IMG/VR virus record: IMGVR_UViG_3300046787_000286
Span: 150,007-214,006 of that record
Strand: one strand, 5' to 3'
Length of the DNA: 64,000 nt
Positions 1-10,010 of this stretch are shown piece by piece (position 1 is the stretch's first letter; each line of letters opens with the position of its first letter). The position numbers and the translations under genes are program-made. Below the pieces are notes generated by a model that was not told the DNA's origin, did no database searches, and was given only the letters and a program-made list of their open reading frames with translations.

Positions 1-389
1 CCTGGACTAGACCATTGCTAGACGTATTACGTGAGTATTATCGTCCGCAAGAAATTGCAGCAATGATCGAAGATCAAGTAATAGAGATAGCACCTCTAGC
101 ATTCATGCGTGGAAGAACTTTCAAACACTCATGGATTATCGCTGATGAAATGCAAAACGCCACACCAGCACAAGTAAAAATGCTAATGACAAGAATCGGA
201 TCAAACAGCAAGATCATTATCACCGGAGACGTGGAGCAGGCCGATCGCCAAAATGGCGACAATGGCTTAATGGACCTCTGCGAAAGGTTGCAGAAGGGAG
301 GTGTTAATGGAATTGCTGTGTGCCACTTAGATGGCCGTGATATTCAGCGGCACAAGATCATTGGATCTGTGTTAAAGTTGTATCAGTAA
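1..389 (+). CDS. phoH: PhoH-family ATPase, 5'-truncated by window edge
   Basis: Motifs FMRGRTF, IIADEMQN, MTRIG, ITGDVEQAD, IQRH. Confidence 0.95.
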   Translation, partial: WTRPLLDVLREYYRPQEIAAMIEDQVIEIAPLAFMRGRTFKHSWIIADEMQNATPAQVKMLMTRIGSNSKIIITGDVEQADRQNGDNGLMDLCERLQKGGVNGIAVCHLDGRDIQRHKIIGSVLKLYQ

Positions 390-960
390 TTAAGTCATAG
401 GCTTCGCGCCAATTTTTGACTACCGGATACGGGCACTCATGATTCATGTTGTGCCCGTGTTCCATTAATACGCTCCGTAAACCCATTGCATGGCCAACAT
501 CGGCATTTTCGGGCTTGTCCTCAAACCACCAACATCCTGATCCTGCATACTCTTCTAGTGCATAGTTCTTGTCTGCACCGGTATCCAAGCACACAATTTT
601 CTCAAATGCAGTAGCACCAAACAACTTGTTCAAGTTCATTTCACGCAGACGTTGTGCATTAATATCTCGGCTCAGACTTGTGATACAGTGAAACACATAG
701 CCATGCTCTTCATGCAAGCGTTTGATGTAATACATTGCATCACGGTGCGGGGGAAGAAATCCAATTGCAGCTGATTCGTTAAACATACGGATCAGCTTCT
801 TGGCCTGTGGTTTGTCGATGTTGTAACGTTCGCCAATATCGTAGATGAATTGGCCGCCTTCTATTTTAGAGAAGCCGTGCTCTTCCATCCAAATAGCAAA
901 CGCATACTCCCAATTCAAACACACTCCGTCCGCGTCTACTAAGATTAATTTATTTTTCAT
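358..960 (-). CDS. HAD-superfamily phosphatase (5'(3')-deoxyribonucleotidase-like)
   Basis: ILVDADGV DxD motif, ITSL, FEDK; start moved to MKNKLIL at 960. Confidence 0.8.
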   Translation of the reverse strand: MKNKLILVDADGVCLNWEYAFAIWMEEHGFSKIEGGQFIYDIGERYNIDKPQAKKLIRMFNESAAIGFLPPHRDAMYYIKRLHEEHGYVFHCITSLSRDINAQRLREMNLNKLFGATAFEKIVCLDTGADKNYALEEYAGSGCWWFEDKPENADVGHAMGLRSVLMEHGHNMNHECPYPVVKNWREAYDLITDTTLTQIQ

Positions 961-1228
961 TTTTTTCCAAGTTAACTTCGTAACCGTTTTCGTTAAACAA
1001 TCGAGTGATAATGTTTTCGTAGTGTTGCATATAGTAAGCAACAATAGTATCAAAGTTCTTGACTACATCCAATCCGCTCATTGAGGCTTTGGTTACTTCT
1101 AGCTTTTTAAAGTCCAAAATAACATTGGCAGTTTGGATGTCACGTGTTTTTAGATTTTTTGACACAGCCATTGCTTCGTCGATTTGACCGTTGGCTTTTT
1201 TATAATAAGTGATTACTAGATATCTCAT
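950..1228 (-). CDS. hypothetical phage protein
   Basis: 92-aa ORF, ATGA-coupled to clamp loader. Confidence 0.7.
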   Translation of the reverse strand: MRYLVITYYKKANGQIDEAMAVSKNLKTRDIQTANVILDFKKLEVTKASMSGLDVVKNFDTIVAYYMQHYENIITRLFNENGYEVNLEKNEK

Positions 1229-2148
1229 TGTAGTTGGCTCAATTCAATTAATGTTGCACTAAGGTTGATCTCGGGGTCTGCAACCATAGTATTGTTTACT
1301 AAACCATTGCGAATAATCACAATAGCTTGGTCTTGTTGTTCAGTTGTTTTACCAAACAAGTTCACGTTGTCGTACATCCAACGGAACACATCTTCTGCTT
1401 CTTCGGGACTTGCGCTTTGGCACAATAACTTGCGAGCTTCTAGCACACGACCATGCTTGAACAAGTCCACACAGTCCAGTTTCCAGTCACGAGTGCTTCG
1501 GTCAGCTTCACTGGGAGGTACTAGTTTGTTACTCTGAGAGTTAAGTTGAATCAAATTCAAACACTTGCGCAAGTCTGGATAAGTTGCTTTGACATAACTG
1601 TCTAGTGTATCTAAGTCAAACTCCACGCCTTCTGTTACTAACACAGTAGCAGCTCTAGCAGTAAATTCTGTTTGATCTGTTTTGGTAATGTGAAAGCCTT
1701 GACAACGTGAATGCAATGGCGGGATAATCTTGTTGGGATAGTTACAAGTTAGAATAAAACGCACACTCTGACTGTAGTCTTCCATCAAGTTACGCATGGC
1801 AGGCTGAACTGAGTTAGGGTTTAGATAGTCAGCTTCGTCAATCAGCACAACCTTGAACTTGCCAAACGGCATGGTTTGACAGAAGCTAATCAGCTTGTCT
1901 ACCCATTCAATCTTGCGACCTTCTTTGGATCCGTTAGCAAACATGATATCATATTCGTCTACGCCCAATTCATTGATCAGCATCTTGGCAAGAGTTGTCT
2001 TGCCTGTGCCTGGCGATCCTGACAACAACAAATGCGGAATTGATCCGTCCTTGATCCAGCTTTGTACTTGATCTCTCTGTGCTTCGTCTACAAACACATA
2101 ACCGTCTACTGTGTTAGGACGGTACTTTTCTACCCATAATTCTTTCAT
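1225..2148 (-). CDS. sliding-clamp loader AAA+ subunit (T4 gp44 / RFC small subunit-like)
   Basis: LWVEKYRP, GSPGTGKT, LIDEAD, SRC motif. Confidence 0.95.
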   Translation of the reverse strand: MKELWVEKYRPNTVDGYVFVDEAQRDQVQSWIKDGSIPHLLLSGSPGTGKTTLAKMLINELGVDEYDIMFANGSKEGRKIEWVDKLISFCQTMPFGKFKVVLIDEADYLNPNSVQPAMRNLMEDYSQSVRFILTCNYPNKIIPPLHSRCQGFHITKTDQTEFTARAATVLVTEGVEFDLDTLDSYVKATYPDLRKCLNLIQLNSQSNKLVPPSEADRSTRDWKLDCVDLFKHGRVLEARKLLCQSASPEEAEDVFRWMYDNVNLFGKTTEQQDQAIVIIRNGLVNNTMVADPEINLSATLIELSQLQ

Positions 2149-2396
2149 TGGTATCTGCTTCCTGGTTGTCCGGGGTCATTACTTCCGGTGCATGCTAAGT
2201 TATGATTAGTTGATTTGGGGCAACGCTTGTTGCCGCAATCTGGACACACAATAAACGTGGTGTAAGTTTTTTTCCACCCGTGTTCATCTGTAATCTTGTT
2301 TAAACAATTATAACACCAACAGGTGTAATTGTTAACCTGCTGTGTTGCCAGATTGCTCTGTCCGATTAAATTCTTCCAAACGCTTTTGATATTCAT
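2145..2396 (-). CDS. small Cys-rich metal-binding protein (start uncertain)
   Basis: CWCYNC...CPDCGNKRCPKSTNHNLAC. Confidence 0.6.
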   Translation of the reverse strand: MNIKSVWKNLIGQSNLATQQVNNYTCWCYNCLNKITDEHGWKKTYTTFIVCPDCGNKRCPKSTNHNLACTGSNDPGQPGSRYQ

Positions 2397-2559
2397 CTTC
2401 TGTTAATCCGTGCCAACCAATACACTTGCCTGTTGGGCTGCGTCCGCAACCGCACTTGCCAAAATCTTCACCGTTGTCTTTTGTTCTTGGTGTCATACGA
2501 CTCTTTCTATTCATTCTTTCCAAACTATTACTAAATTCTTCTTTACTCATCTTCGTCAT
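2332..2559 (-). CDS. CDGSH-like iron-sulfur domain protein
   Basis: CGCGRSPTGKCIGWH resembles the 3Cys-1His CDGSH motif. Confidence 0.65.
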   Translation of the reverse strand: MTKMSKEEFSNSLERMNRKSRMTPRTKDNGEDFGKCGCGRSPTGKCIGWHGLTEDEYQKRLEEFNRTEQSGNTAG

Positions 2560-2839
2560 CTATTACTTCTTCTAGCTCTTCGAAACCTTCGCAATTGTGA
2601 AGATTGTATTCTATGTTGCCTACACGCCAACTCTCTGTCCATACGTGCTGATTGTTTGATTGCTCTCCGGGCCCTAATAAACGTAGCATGGTTAACACTT
2701 GCTCACGTTCTTCGCCCTGAAGTGATCTACGCTTTTTAAGTAGTCCTAGCCCTTTTAAAAATCTTCTAGCTGTTTCGGGATCTTTTGTTACGTCTCTGGC
2801 AACGGCTCGAATCTGCTCTAAGTATTCTGCATGAGTCAT
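2543..2839 (-). CDS. hypothetical protein
   Basis: 98-aa ORF in tight operon. Confidence 0.6.
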   Translation of the reverse strand: MTHAEYLEQIRAVARDVTKDPETARRFLKGLGLLKKRRSLQGEEREQVLTMLRLLGPGEQSNNQHVWTESWRVGNIEYNLHNCEGFEELEEVIDDEDE

Positions 2840-2840
2840 T

Positions 2841-3077
2841 TTATTCTTCGTATGCAGGGTTAGGGAATTCTAATTCAAACACATGCCATTTGGGCTTGGA
2901 GTTTCCTGATGTGGTATCTTTCAACAACTCTAGTGTACGGTTGTGTTCGGCTTCGTGCAAGGTGGAGTAAAATCCAACGCCGAGCGTTGCACCTACTCCG
3001 CCGTAGCTAAATGTCAACCCAGTTTGCTTGACCAGTTGATACACTTTTAGTGTTTTAGGTGCCTTGATTGGTTCCAC
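2841..3077 (-). CDS. hypothetical protein
   Basis: 78-aa ORF in tight operon. Confidence 0.6.
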   Translation of the reverse strand: MEPIKAPKTLKVYQLVKQTGLTFSYGGVGATLGVGFYSTLHEAEHNRTLELLKDTTSGNSKPKWHVFELEFPNPAYEE

Positions 3078-3546
3078 GTAACAGTTCCTTTTCTACTTCG
3101 GCAGCAACCACACGCTTGCGAAGGCTTGAGCTGGAGAATGAGTGATCCCTGCCATTGAAAATAATTTCAATGCCGCGCTGCTTACATTCCCACATTCCAG
3201 AGAAATCTTTATCTGCGTATTCTATTCCAAGCACACGAACATCCAAGGGCAGGATTAGCAGAAGGTCAACAAGATCTTGTTCTGTTTGATACACAACAAC
3301 TTCATCAACATAACGGCATGCGGAAAGCTGTATTTGTCGCTCAACAATAGATTGTATAGGGCGATTTTTAGTGTCAGGACGATCGATAGTTGGGTCTGTC
3401 TGGAGCCCACAGATGAGGTAGTCACAGTGATTCTTGGCTTCCGAGAGCATAGCAATGTGGCCCGCGTGGAGCATGTCAAAGGTTGAGAAAGTGATGCCAA
3501 TTCGTTTACCTTCTGACTTGAGTTTTTTAATGTGATTAAAAATCAT
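3055..3546 (-). CDS. cytidylyltransferase (TagD / glycerol-3-phosphate cytidylyltransferase-like)
   Basis: TFSTFDMLHAGH (HxGH), YVDEV, FSSSSLRK. Confidence 0.88.
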   Translation of the reverse strand: MIFNHIKKLKSEGKRIGITFSTFDMLHAGHIAMLSEAKNHCDYLICGLQTDPTIDRPDTKNRPIQSIVERQIQLSACRYVDEVVVYQTEQDLVDLLLILPLDVRVLGIEYADKDFSGMWECKQRGIEIIFNGRDHSFSSSSLRKRVVAAEVEKELLRGTNQGT

Positions 3547-3752
3547 AGGCTGAATTCACTTAGTGCTGCTTTGATGTTGGCAAGATCACTTGGCTCTAGG
3601 CACAAGTCAAAATGCACACGCTCATCTTCGGGATGTTTAGATCCATCATATGTAGTAGTGATTCGCAAATGAGTTAAGCCAGCTACAGCCTCAACTGGTT
3701 TGATTTCCAGAAATGTGTTCATGCCGCCAGTGGTACTAATTAGTTTTTTCAT
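3543..3752 (-). CDS. hypothetical protein
   Basis: 69-aa coupled ORF. Confidence 0.6.
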   Translation of the reverse strand: MKKLISTTGGMNTFLEIKPVEAVAGLTHLRITTTYDGSKHPEDERVHFDLCLEPSDLANIKAALSEFSL

Positions 3753-3981
3753 TTAGTCTTTTCCAAACAAGTTGTTTATCAAGTTGATCTATAAACTCTT
3801 GTTCACCTTCAAACGTTGGTGAACCTCTTAGGAGTTCGTCTAACTGATATTTTACTATAAGCAAGTCTTGTTTGCAATGCCATTGGGTAAATCCGTCATT
3901 GTAATAGTTGTTCATGTTTGCCGAACAGGCAGAGAGTTGACGTTGAATGTCTCCAACGTCCCATCGCTTTTGGAAACCCAT
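3736..3981 (-). CDS. hypothetical protein
   Basis: 81-aa coupled ORF. Confidence 0.6.
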   Translation of the reverse strand: MGFQKRWDVGDIQRQLSACSANMNNYYNDGFTQWHCKQDLLIVKYQLDELLRGSPTFEGEQEFIDQLDKQLVWKRLNEKTN

Positions 3982-3984
3982 TTG

Positions 3985-4362
3985 TTAGCCCGAAACTGCG
4001 TTGGACATGGTGTCATCCACGCCCGGCTCTTCATCAGAAACTAGCAAAATGTCCTTGTGATCAATACGGCGAATAGTGTGTTCACCGGATTCGTCTTCTA
4101 TTTCTACACCACGAGTCCATCGACCGTGTGCAACACAGATCCACTGACCTGTTTTGATTTCACTTTGGTCAGGGCCCACTGCATAAACTTGTGCCCAGCG
4201 TGGGCGAATACCGCCTGCTTTACCGTTGTCGTTGAGCATGATAATCCCCGAGCTTAGTTGACGCCCAGTAAAGTTCATATCCTTGACAATCACATGATCG
4301 TTCAGTGGCTTGAATTGTTTCTTTTCAAATCGATGTGGTGCAAATGCAAGTTTTTGGGTCAT
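3985..4362 (-). CDS. groES: GroES-like co-chaperonin
   Basis: KPLNDHVIV, SSGII, VYAVGP, DILLV. Confidence 0.8.
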   Translation of the reverse strand: MTQKLAFAPHRFEKKQFKPLNDHVIVKDMNFTGRQLSSGIIMLNDNGKAGGIRPRWAQVYAVGPDQSEIKTGQWICVAHGRWTRGVEIEDESGEHTIRRIDHKDILLVSDEEPGVDDTMSNAVSG

Positions 4363-4363
4363 A

Positions 4364-4789
4364 TTAAATCTTTTTCACTCCTGCGGATTTAGCAGCTTGT
4401 TTAGGTGGGGTTAGTTTAGTTTGTTGAACTGTTTTGGCTTTGGCGATGGCAGCAGCAAGGCCACCTTGTAATGCCGGTGCTTCTTCTTTGACAAAATCAT
4501 TATCGTCAGGCAAATCAGTAAATGTATCCATTGGATCTACTGGCATTTCAACTTCTTGAGATTTAGTTGATTTTGTAACCTGTGGTTTGCTAGACACATT
4601 AGTGTGCTTTTTATTTTGTCGTTTGATCTGTTGAGTCTTTTTGTCAATAACTTTGTTGGCGCTGTTTAATTTGTCACCTTTGGCATTAACATGCATATTG
4701 CCAACTGCTCGCACGCCTTCGTTTTGAAGCATCAAGGCTCCCATATCAACAACTTTGCCCATTGCTGTTCGGTATTGTTTTCTAGTCAT
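4364..4789 (-). CDS. hypothetical protein (late promoter upstream)
   Basis: 141-aa ORF, AGGAG RBS, TAAATA at 4807-4812. Confidence 0.7.
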   Translation of the reverse strand: MTRKQYRTAMGKVVDMGALMLQNEGVRAVGNMHVNAKGDKLNSANKVIDKKTQQIKRQNKKHTNVSSKPQVTKSTKSQEVEMPVDPMDTFTDLPDDNDFVKEEAPALQGGLAAAIAKAKTVQQTKLTPPKQAAKSAGVKKI

Positions 4790-4809
4790 AATTTTCTCCT
4801 GTGTGGTAT

Positions 4810-5328
4810 TTAACGCAAGAACTCGTGTGGGTCTAAATCATAGAACATACTGTCAATGCGGTGTACTCCTAGCAAGTATAACACATAACTGGCTACACTA
4901 GAGCCACGACCTACACCCCAGATAACATTATTTTCTTTTAGTACGTTAACCAAATAGTGCAGATAACGTAGTAAATTAAATAAGTCTCGTTCTTGATACA
5001 ATAGTAGTTCTTCGCCTACCCGTTGTAGTTCTGCATCGGTTTTGCAAAGACCTAGAATGTGTTCTGCAATATCTAGGTCTTGGTATTGTTGTGGCATTTT
5101 CCAATTGTTTTGGCAACGGTGGTCAAAGTCTTCAGTTGAGCCCGACTCTGCCAATTCATTGTAACGAATAAACAACGGAACGTCTTCAATGATCGACACT
5201 GCAACTTCTAGATCTACAGTTTGATCTACAATTACATCTTTTAGTGCGGTAATGTCTCTGCCTTGCATTAGAAGATTACATAGGTCTTCCTCGGCAAAGA
5301 TCATCTCACCATTAGTGTTTTGTCTCAT
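4810..5328 (-). CDS. dnaE: stand-alone fragment of DNA polymerase III alpha (family C palm region)
   Basis: RVGEEL...WGVGRGSSVASYVLYLLGVHRID...EFLR; ends before the PDxDxD catalytic motif. Confidence 0.85.
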   Translation of the reverse strand: MRQNTNGEMIFAEEDLCNLLMQGRDITALKDVIVDQTVDLEVAVSIIEDVPLFIRYNELAESGSTEDFDHRCQNNWKMPQQYQDLDIAEHILGLCKTDAELQRVGEELLLYQERDLFNLLRYLHYLVNVLKENNVIWGVGRGSSVASYVLYLLGVHRIDSMFYDLDPHEFLR

Positions 5329-5932
5329 TCTCAGTATGTCCAAAATTAGCAAATACAACTTGGCCTAAGTCAGTTGTAACTTCTGCATGTGTCCAGCCTA
5401 ATTCCTGATCTTCCCAATCTGTGTTGGCGCCAATAGATACAACATTTTCGGCACCCTCGTCGTCATCAAACTCAATGTTGCTATGAGAAAGGGTAGCATC
5501 ATGCCACCAGCCTGTTTCGGGAAATAACTCAGTGTGTTCAGTCTCGTTGTGGAAGTATTCAATCCCATCGCCGGCTTCGCTACTCATTACTAGTTCAGTA
5601 ATTTTCATTCTACCTTCCATGATGGCATTGAGCTTGTGGTATAGCATGATACAAACAACTTGATCAACTGGCTCTTCGGGCAATGTTGTAACATTCAACC
5701 CAACGTCGGCAAATGCTTCTGCTCGCTCTACATCTGCTTGATTAATAAACACAGTGCTATGAAGTTCGTTAATCAAGAAATACTTAACACGATCGAGCGC
5801 AATGTTTTGATCTTGCGGGTCCAGAGTCTGTGTTAGAAAGTTAAGAGCTAACGTATAGTTGGTCATCATTAACTCATCGTCAAACCATACGGCGGCTGGA
5901 AAAGTAATATTGTATCGTAGTCTAACGTTCAT
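5312..5932 (-). CDS. hypothetical protein, possibly degenerate QueD/PTPS T-fold
   Basis: Hydrophobic pattern resembles PTPS; Zn-binding His residues not evident. Confidence 0.55.
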   Translation of the reverse strand: MNVRLRYNITFPAAVWFDDELMMTNYTLALNFLTQTLDPQDQNIALDRVKYFLINELHSTVFINQADVERAEAFADVGLNVTTLPEEPVDQVVCIMLYHKLNAIMEGRMKITELVMSSEAGDGIEYFHNETEHTELFPETGWWHDATLSHSNIEFDDDEGAENVVSIGANTDWEDQELGWTHAEVTTDLGQVVFANFGHTENETKH

Positions 5933-6171
5933 TGTATGTTAATCTTATCGTTAAGATTTTTGCCAAGATCTTTGTTAGCAGCTTGGTAAATTTCTTGTAG
6001 TCGTTGGGAATGTTTTGCTTGATAACTTTCGATAGCCATTCTAATTTGATTGCAGAGATGGCCATTGCCCATGCTCTGGGCAATTCGAAGTTTGTTGTTT
6101 AGTTCAGAGATTTTAGCCCCCAACTCGTCAATTTTAAGTTCGTCGAGATTGGGGATTAGAGGATGTTCCAT
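5929..6171 (-). CDS. hypothetical helical protein (predicted leaderless)
   Basis: 80-aa ORF, ATG 6 nt after a -10 box. Confidence 0.7.
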   Translation of the reverse strand: MEHPLIPNLDELKIDELGAKISELNNKLRIAQSMGNGHLCNQIRMAIESYQAKHSQRLQEIYQAANKDLGKNLNDKINIQ

Positions 6172-6177
6172 GTATAT

Positions 6178-6206
6178 AGTTTATAACATACACGAGATGT
6201 TGTCAA
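6178..6206 (-). promoter_or_regulatory. sigma70-type promoter
   Basis: TTGACA-17-TAAACT. Confidence 0.7.
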
Positions 6207-6215
6207 TGCTTTTGG

Positions 6216-7130
6216 TTAGGCAAGTGTTGGGAATGTATCGCTTACACCTGGGCCAACACCAGTAACAAACCACTTTGAGTTAATATACATTAGGGTTGCA
6301 GTTTGACCAAACTCAGTAAATGTCACTGTACCTGTGCCCGAAGATTTCCAGCCAGCGTTTGTTACTGTAACAATTCGTGTGTCGCTTGAGTTGCCTTCGG
6401 CATAATACGCTAGCACTTTTACTTGACCGTTTACGCCAGCGGCTAGAGTGTTAGTTTCACCTGTGCCAGCTGTGGTAAAGTATTCGGTAGTCAGTGCCAA
6501 GTTAGATGCACCTGACGCTGCAATAGTTGCTGAACTGTTGTTAAATGGTGCAAGTTCTTTGTTTGATTCTACCACTGTAATAGTTGTGCCACCATCGCTA
6601 GTGATGAATTGGAACAGATATGTTCCAGTAGCAGCAAAAGTAATTACGTTAGTTGACGTATTAAGACCTTGAATACCTTGAGCATTTACGCTAACGGCCG
6701 AAGGTAATGTCAGTGTGTAACTTGTGCTAGCTACTCCGACTTGAACATACACAATACCCACTGTGCCAGCAGCTGGGAAATTACTAAATCCCAAGCTAAC
6801 CGATGCACCAGTTGTTAGTGTATGAAAATGCCCTAGTGCATAGTTAATAGTTTGGCTACCGCTAACAGTGCCAAGTGCAACTCTAGAAAGTCCAAAGTCT
6901 GCTATAACACCATTGTATACCAAACTACCGAGCATGTTGTTGTCTAAAGTAGTTCCGGCAAGTGCTGCCTTGAGAATTGCGTTTGATTGCAAATCTGTAA
7001 TTTCGTCAGATGCATACTGGAAATTGGTTTTTGTGTTTGTGAAATTATCACGGAACCCTTGTGAGTTATTGTCCTGCCCTGCTACTGGGTAGGTTCCGTC
7101 GATGTTATTCGGGTTAATATTACTTGTCAT
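6216..7130 (-). CDS. virion structural protein (baseplate/fibre-associated)
   Basis: Thr/Gly/Ser-rich beta protein, N-terminal GQDNNSQGFRDNF, inside a structural operon. Confidence 0.7.
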   Translation of the reverse strand: MTSNINPNNIDGTYPVAGQDNNSQGFRDNFTNTKTNFQYASDEITDLQSNAILKAALAGTTLDNNMLGSLVYNGVIADFGLSRVALGTVSGSQTINYALGHFHTLTTGASVSLGFSNFPAAGTVGIVYVQVGVASTSYTLTLPSAVSVNAQGIQGLNTSTNVITFAATGTYLFQFITSDGGTTITVVESNKELAPFNNSSATIAASGASNLALTTEYFTTAGTGETNTLAAGVNGQVKVLAYYAEGNSSDTRIVTVTNAGWKSSGTGTVTFTEFGQTATLMYINSKWFVTGVGPGVSDTFPTLA

Positions 7131-7133
7131 AGT

Positions 7134-10007
7134 TTATCCTAAAATTGTTTGTTTGGGAAATACAAGATATTTATCGTATATCTGTGTATTGGTATACATA
7201 TCTACCGGCGCAATGAATCTCACGCTTTGGCCGTCGAACGTTGTTTCATCTTCGCCGACTACTTCTATATCCCAGGTAGCCCCAGAACCTGTACCAGTAA
7301 CGTTTGTGCCGGCTATGTTGTAATAGACATTGCCTACACTAAACATCGGTGCAGTTCCTTGGCAAAATACTTGCTCAATAGTTCCGTTTGTGTCAACTAC
7401 TGCCACAGTTAATGTTATATCGTTTAGCGTATTAGTGCCGCCCACTTGCGATCCGTTGATGCGAATGACATCACCAACTGCATATCCTGTTCCGCCGACA
7501 AATACAAAACTTGAATCATTTGGCACAGGTAATTGATAGTGTGCATTGTAATCGAATGTGGTTTCTGCAGGGGTCGGTTCCCAGGCACCAGTACTGCTGT
7601 CAGCAATCGGATCCCAATTCTTGCTGAGCAAGCGGTCTAACTCATATCTATCAACTTCAAAATCAATTAGGTTCAAACGCTCACCAAACTTGGTTTTGAT
7701 ATAATAAGCTATCTGATCGCCTTTGCCTGGCTTGGCATAAGCTAATACCCAAGAAGGAGTGAACCCGAGCACTTTTCCGTCGGCTTGTTTTGATGTCATC
7801 CACAATGGTAATACATCGTCGACTTCGCCAACTGTATCAATAACTTGATCTCTCATGTTGATCAGGCTGTTTGGGTAAACTACAGATACTTCTGTAGAAT
7901 CATCTTCGTTAATCGGGTATGGCAACGTAACTTGCTTGCTAACGCTTTCGCCTTCGTTGTTTAATAAATTGTCAATCACACGGCTGTAAATTACTTCGTA
8001 AATCACTACGCCTGCTGTGTTGCGAGCTTGGGCAACACTAACTTCGCCTAGTGTTAGATTTTTCCAGTAATGATTTTCATACAGGCTGCTAACATATTCG
8101 TCGTATGTGGCTGCTGTTAATCCAAACGCATGATCATAAACAACTTTTGTAGCTCTTCCAAAATTTGGATCGGTGGGGCGATACAATAAGTCAGGCTGGA
8201 ATATGTCTGCATTCTGTAATAAATCTTGTATTAACGCACGATCATTTTCTGGTGGCATTGCCTCAATGTAAAGATTATCGTAAGGCTCGTTATACAAGCG
8301 TTTTACTGTGACACTAAATTCTTTAGATACATTTACCAATCCATTTGAACTAAATGCTCGAACTGTGAACACATGGGTCATGTCAAATGTTGTTTCAGTG
8401 TCTTGTCCTGTGATTGACAAGTCGTTCATGGTAACGTCGAATGTTGTTGTGCCTAAGTCCAGTGCAAATGTATCAAAGCTCACACGACCTGCAATATCGC
8501 CCGAAGGCAATAACGCTAATCCTTGTGGCAAACTTGATGTACTTCCGTTTAGCAATTCATATTGCAACGGAATACCGGCTGTGTTATAAGCAGCGACATA
8601 TAGTGTGCTGGTTGCGCCATTAACAATAGTGCCCAAATCTGCGTCAACTAGCCAGGTAATTTCTGTATCAACTGCACCAATGATTGACAGGCTGTAGCTA
8701 TATTCGTTGCTAATCAGCGGATCAATGTCTTTGCTAATTCTAACACTAAATGTATATTCACGTTCGGTTAATCCCAAGTTTGGAATATATCCGTATAACC
8801 ATCCAGAGTTTTGATCTAGTGTGAGCCCAGGGATGCCCGAACTGTCGCCTGCATCGTATATCAATTCAAAATCAACTTGGTCGCCGTCAAGGTCGAGCCC
8901 GATGAATTGATAAGCGAACCAGTTGTCATTTCTAACTGTGCCAATTGTTCCTTCGGGGTTGGTAATAATTGGTGGGCGAATTGGTGTTACGTCTGCTGTG
9001 ACAAAAGTGTTGTCAGCAGTGATATCTGTAGTATCTGCACTCAAGCTATCCTTGCTGTAAACGTAGATACTAAAGGTTCGTAAATCACTATATACCCCGT
9101 CAGAGATTTCCAATGTAAATTCGTAATTGGAATTGTAACTCATGGTGCTAAAGTCGAAACTATATTCGTCGTAACCTTGCCCATCGCGGCCAAACCCAGC
9201 TTCTGCATCGTTTGATGCAAGTGGTGTAATGAACCCTGAAATTAACCCCGTGCTCGATATACCAAGACCTTTGGGTAAAGTTCCACCTACTAGTTTAACA
9301 ACTACTTCGGCATTGGGGTCCACATCAGTATATTCAATTTGTAAACCTGCAACTAAACTGCCGTCGTAGTATTGTGCAATTTGCCCACTAGGTGTGGTAA
9401 ACTCAGGAGGATTAGGTCCTGTAACAGTTAATGTAAATGTTCTATCACGGATTTGATCTACAACGTAATTGCTGCCGACATATTTTTTTGTATAAGCTCT
9501 AACAGTAAACTTGCTAGTTACGTCTACTGCAACTTGTGTAGGGACGCCCTGAATACTTGCAACAGCTTTTGGTGTGCCGATAATTAACCCGTTATCAGCT
9601 ACTTGAATTCCAGAAGGAAGCTGACCAGCTTGTAGATTAAAAAGAATGTGCTGTTTAAATTCTGCAGGCATTGTGCCCGATGCAGTTGTTAGCGTAATTG
9701 GGGTAGTTGTAAATTCTGATGTTGTAATGGAAAATTGTGTGCTGTTGTACACATCCAGCACAAAGTATCTTGTTAGGGCACTTATGCCACCGTACACTAA
9801 CCCGGTGGTTCCGCCAAACATTACGTTTAGCCCAGGGTAAATATTTGCTGTACTATCACACGTGATTCTGTTTGTAGTACCGCTTGTGGCTGTGCAAGTT
9901 ACATTAGCTACAACAGGTGTGTCGGCCAACATGGCCAGCTGATAAAACACCCCTTCCGGGATGCTACCTAAAGTGCCTGCGGGCGTGATCCAGACCGGTT
10001 GCGACAT
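7134..10007 (-). CDS. large virion protein with repeated Ig-like (putative Ig) domains, probable baseplate component
   Basis: Repeated W-x-T-P-x-G-x-L-G and G-x-LP-x-GL...G-x-I-x-G motifs; 957 aa. Confidence 0.8.
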   Translation of the reverse strand: MSQPVWITPAGTLGSIPEGVFYQLAMLADTPVVANVTCTATSGTTNRITCDSTANIYPGLNVMFGGTTGLVYGGISALTRYFVLDVYNSTQFSITTSEFTTTPITLTTASGTMPAEFKQHILFNLQAGQLPSGIQVADNGLIIGTPKAVASIQGVPTQVAVDVTSKFTVRAYTKKYVGSNYVVDQIRDRTFTLTVTGPNPPEFTTPSGQIAQYYDGSLVAGLQIEYTDVDPNAEVVVKLVGGTLPKGLGISSTGLISGFITPLASNDAEAGFGRDGQGYDEYSFDFSTMSYNSNYEFTLEISDGVYSDLRTFSIYVYSKDSLSADTTDITADNTFVTADVTPIRPPIITNPEGTIGTVRNDNWFAYQFIGLDLDGDQVDFELIYDAGDSSGIPGLTLDQNSGWLYGYIPNLGLTEREYTFSVRISKDIDPLISNEYSYSLSIIGAVDTEITWLVDADLGTIVNGATSTLYVAAYNTAGIPLQYELLNGSTSSLPQGLALLPSGDIAGRVSFDTFALDLGTTTFDVTMNDLSITGQDTETTFDMTHVFTVRAFSSNGLVNVSKEFSVTVKRLYNEPYDNLYIEAMPPENDRALIQDLLQNADIFQPDLLYRPTDPNFGRATKVVYDHAFGLTAATYDEYVSSLYENHYWKNLTLGEVSVAQARNTAGVVIYEVIYSRVIDNLLNNEGESVSKQVTLPYPINEDDSTEVSVVYPNSLINMRDQVIDTVGEVDDVLPLWMTSKQADGKVLGFTPSWVLAYAKPGKGDQIAYYIKTKFGERLNLIDFEVDRYELDRLLSKNWDPIADSSTGAWEPTPAETTFDYNAHYQLPVPNDSSFVFVGGTGYAVGDVIRINGSQVGGTNTLNDITLTVAVVDTNGTIEQVFCQGTAPMFSVGNVYYNIAGTNVTGTGSGATWDIEVVGEDETTFDGQSVRFIAPVDMYTNTQIYDKYLVFPKQTILG

Positions 10008-10010
10008 GAT

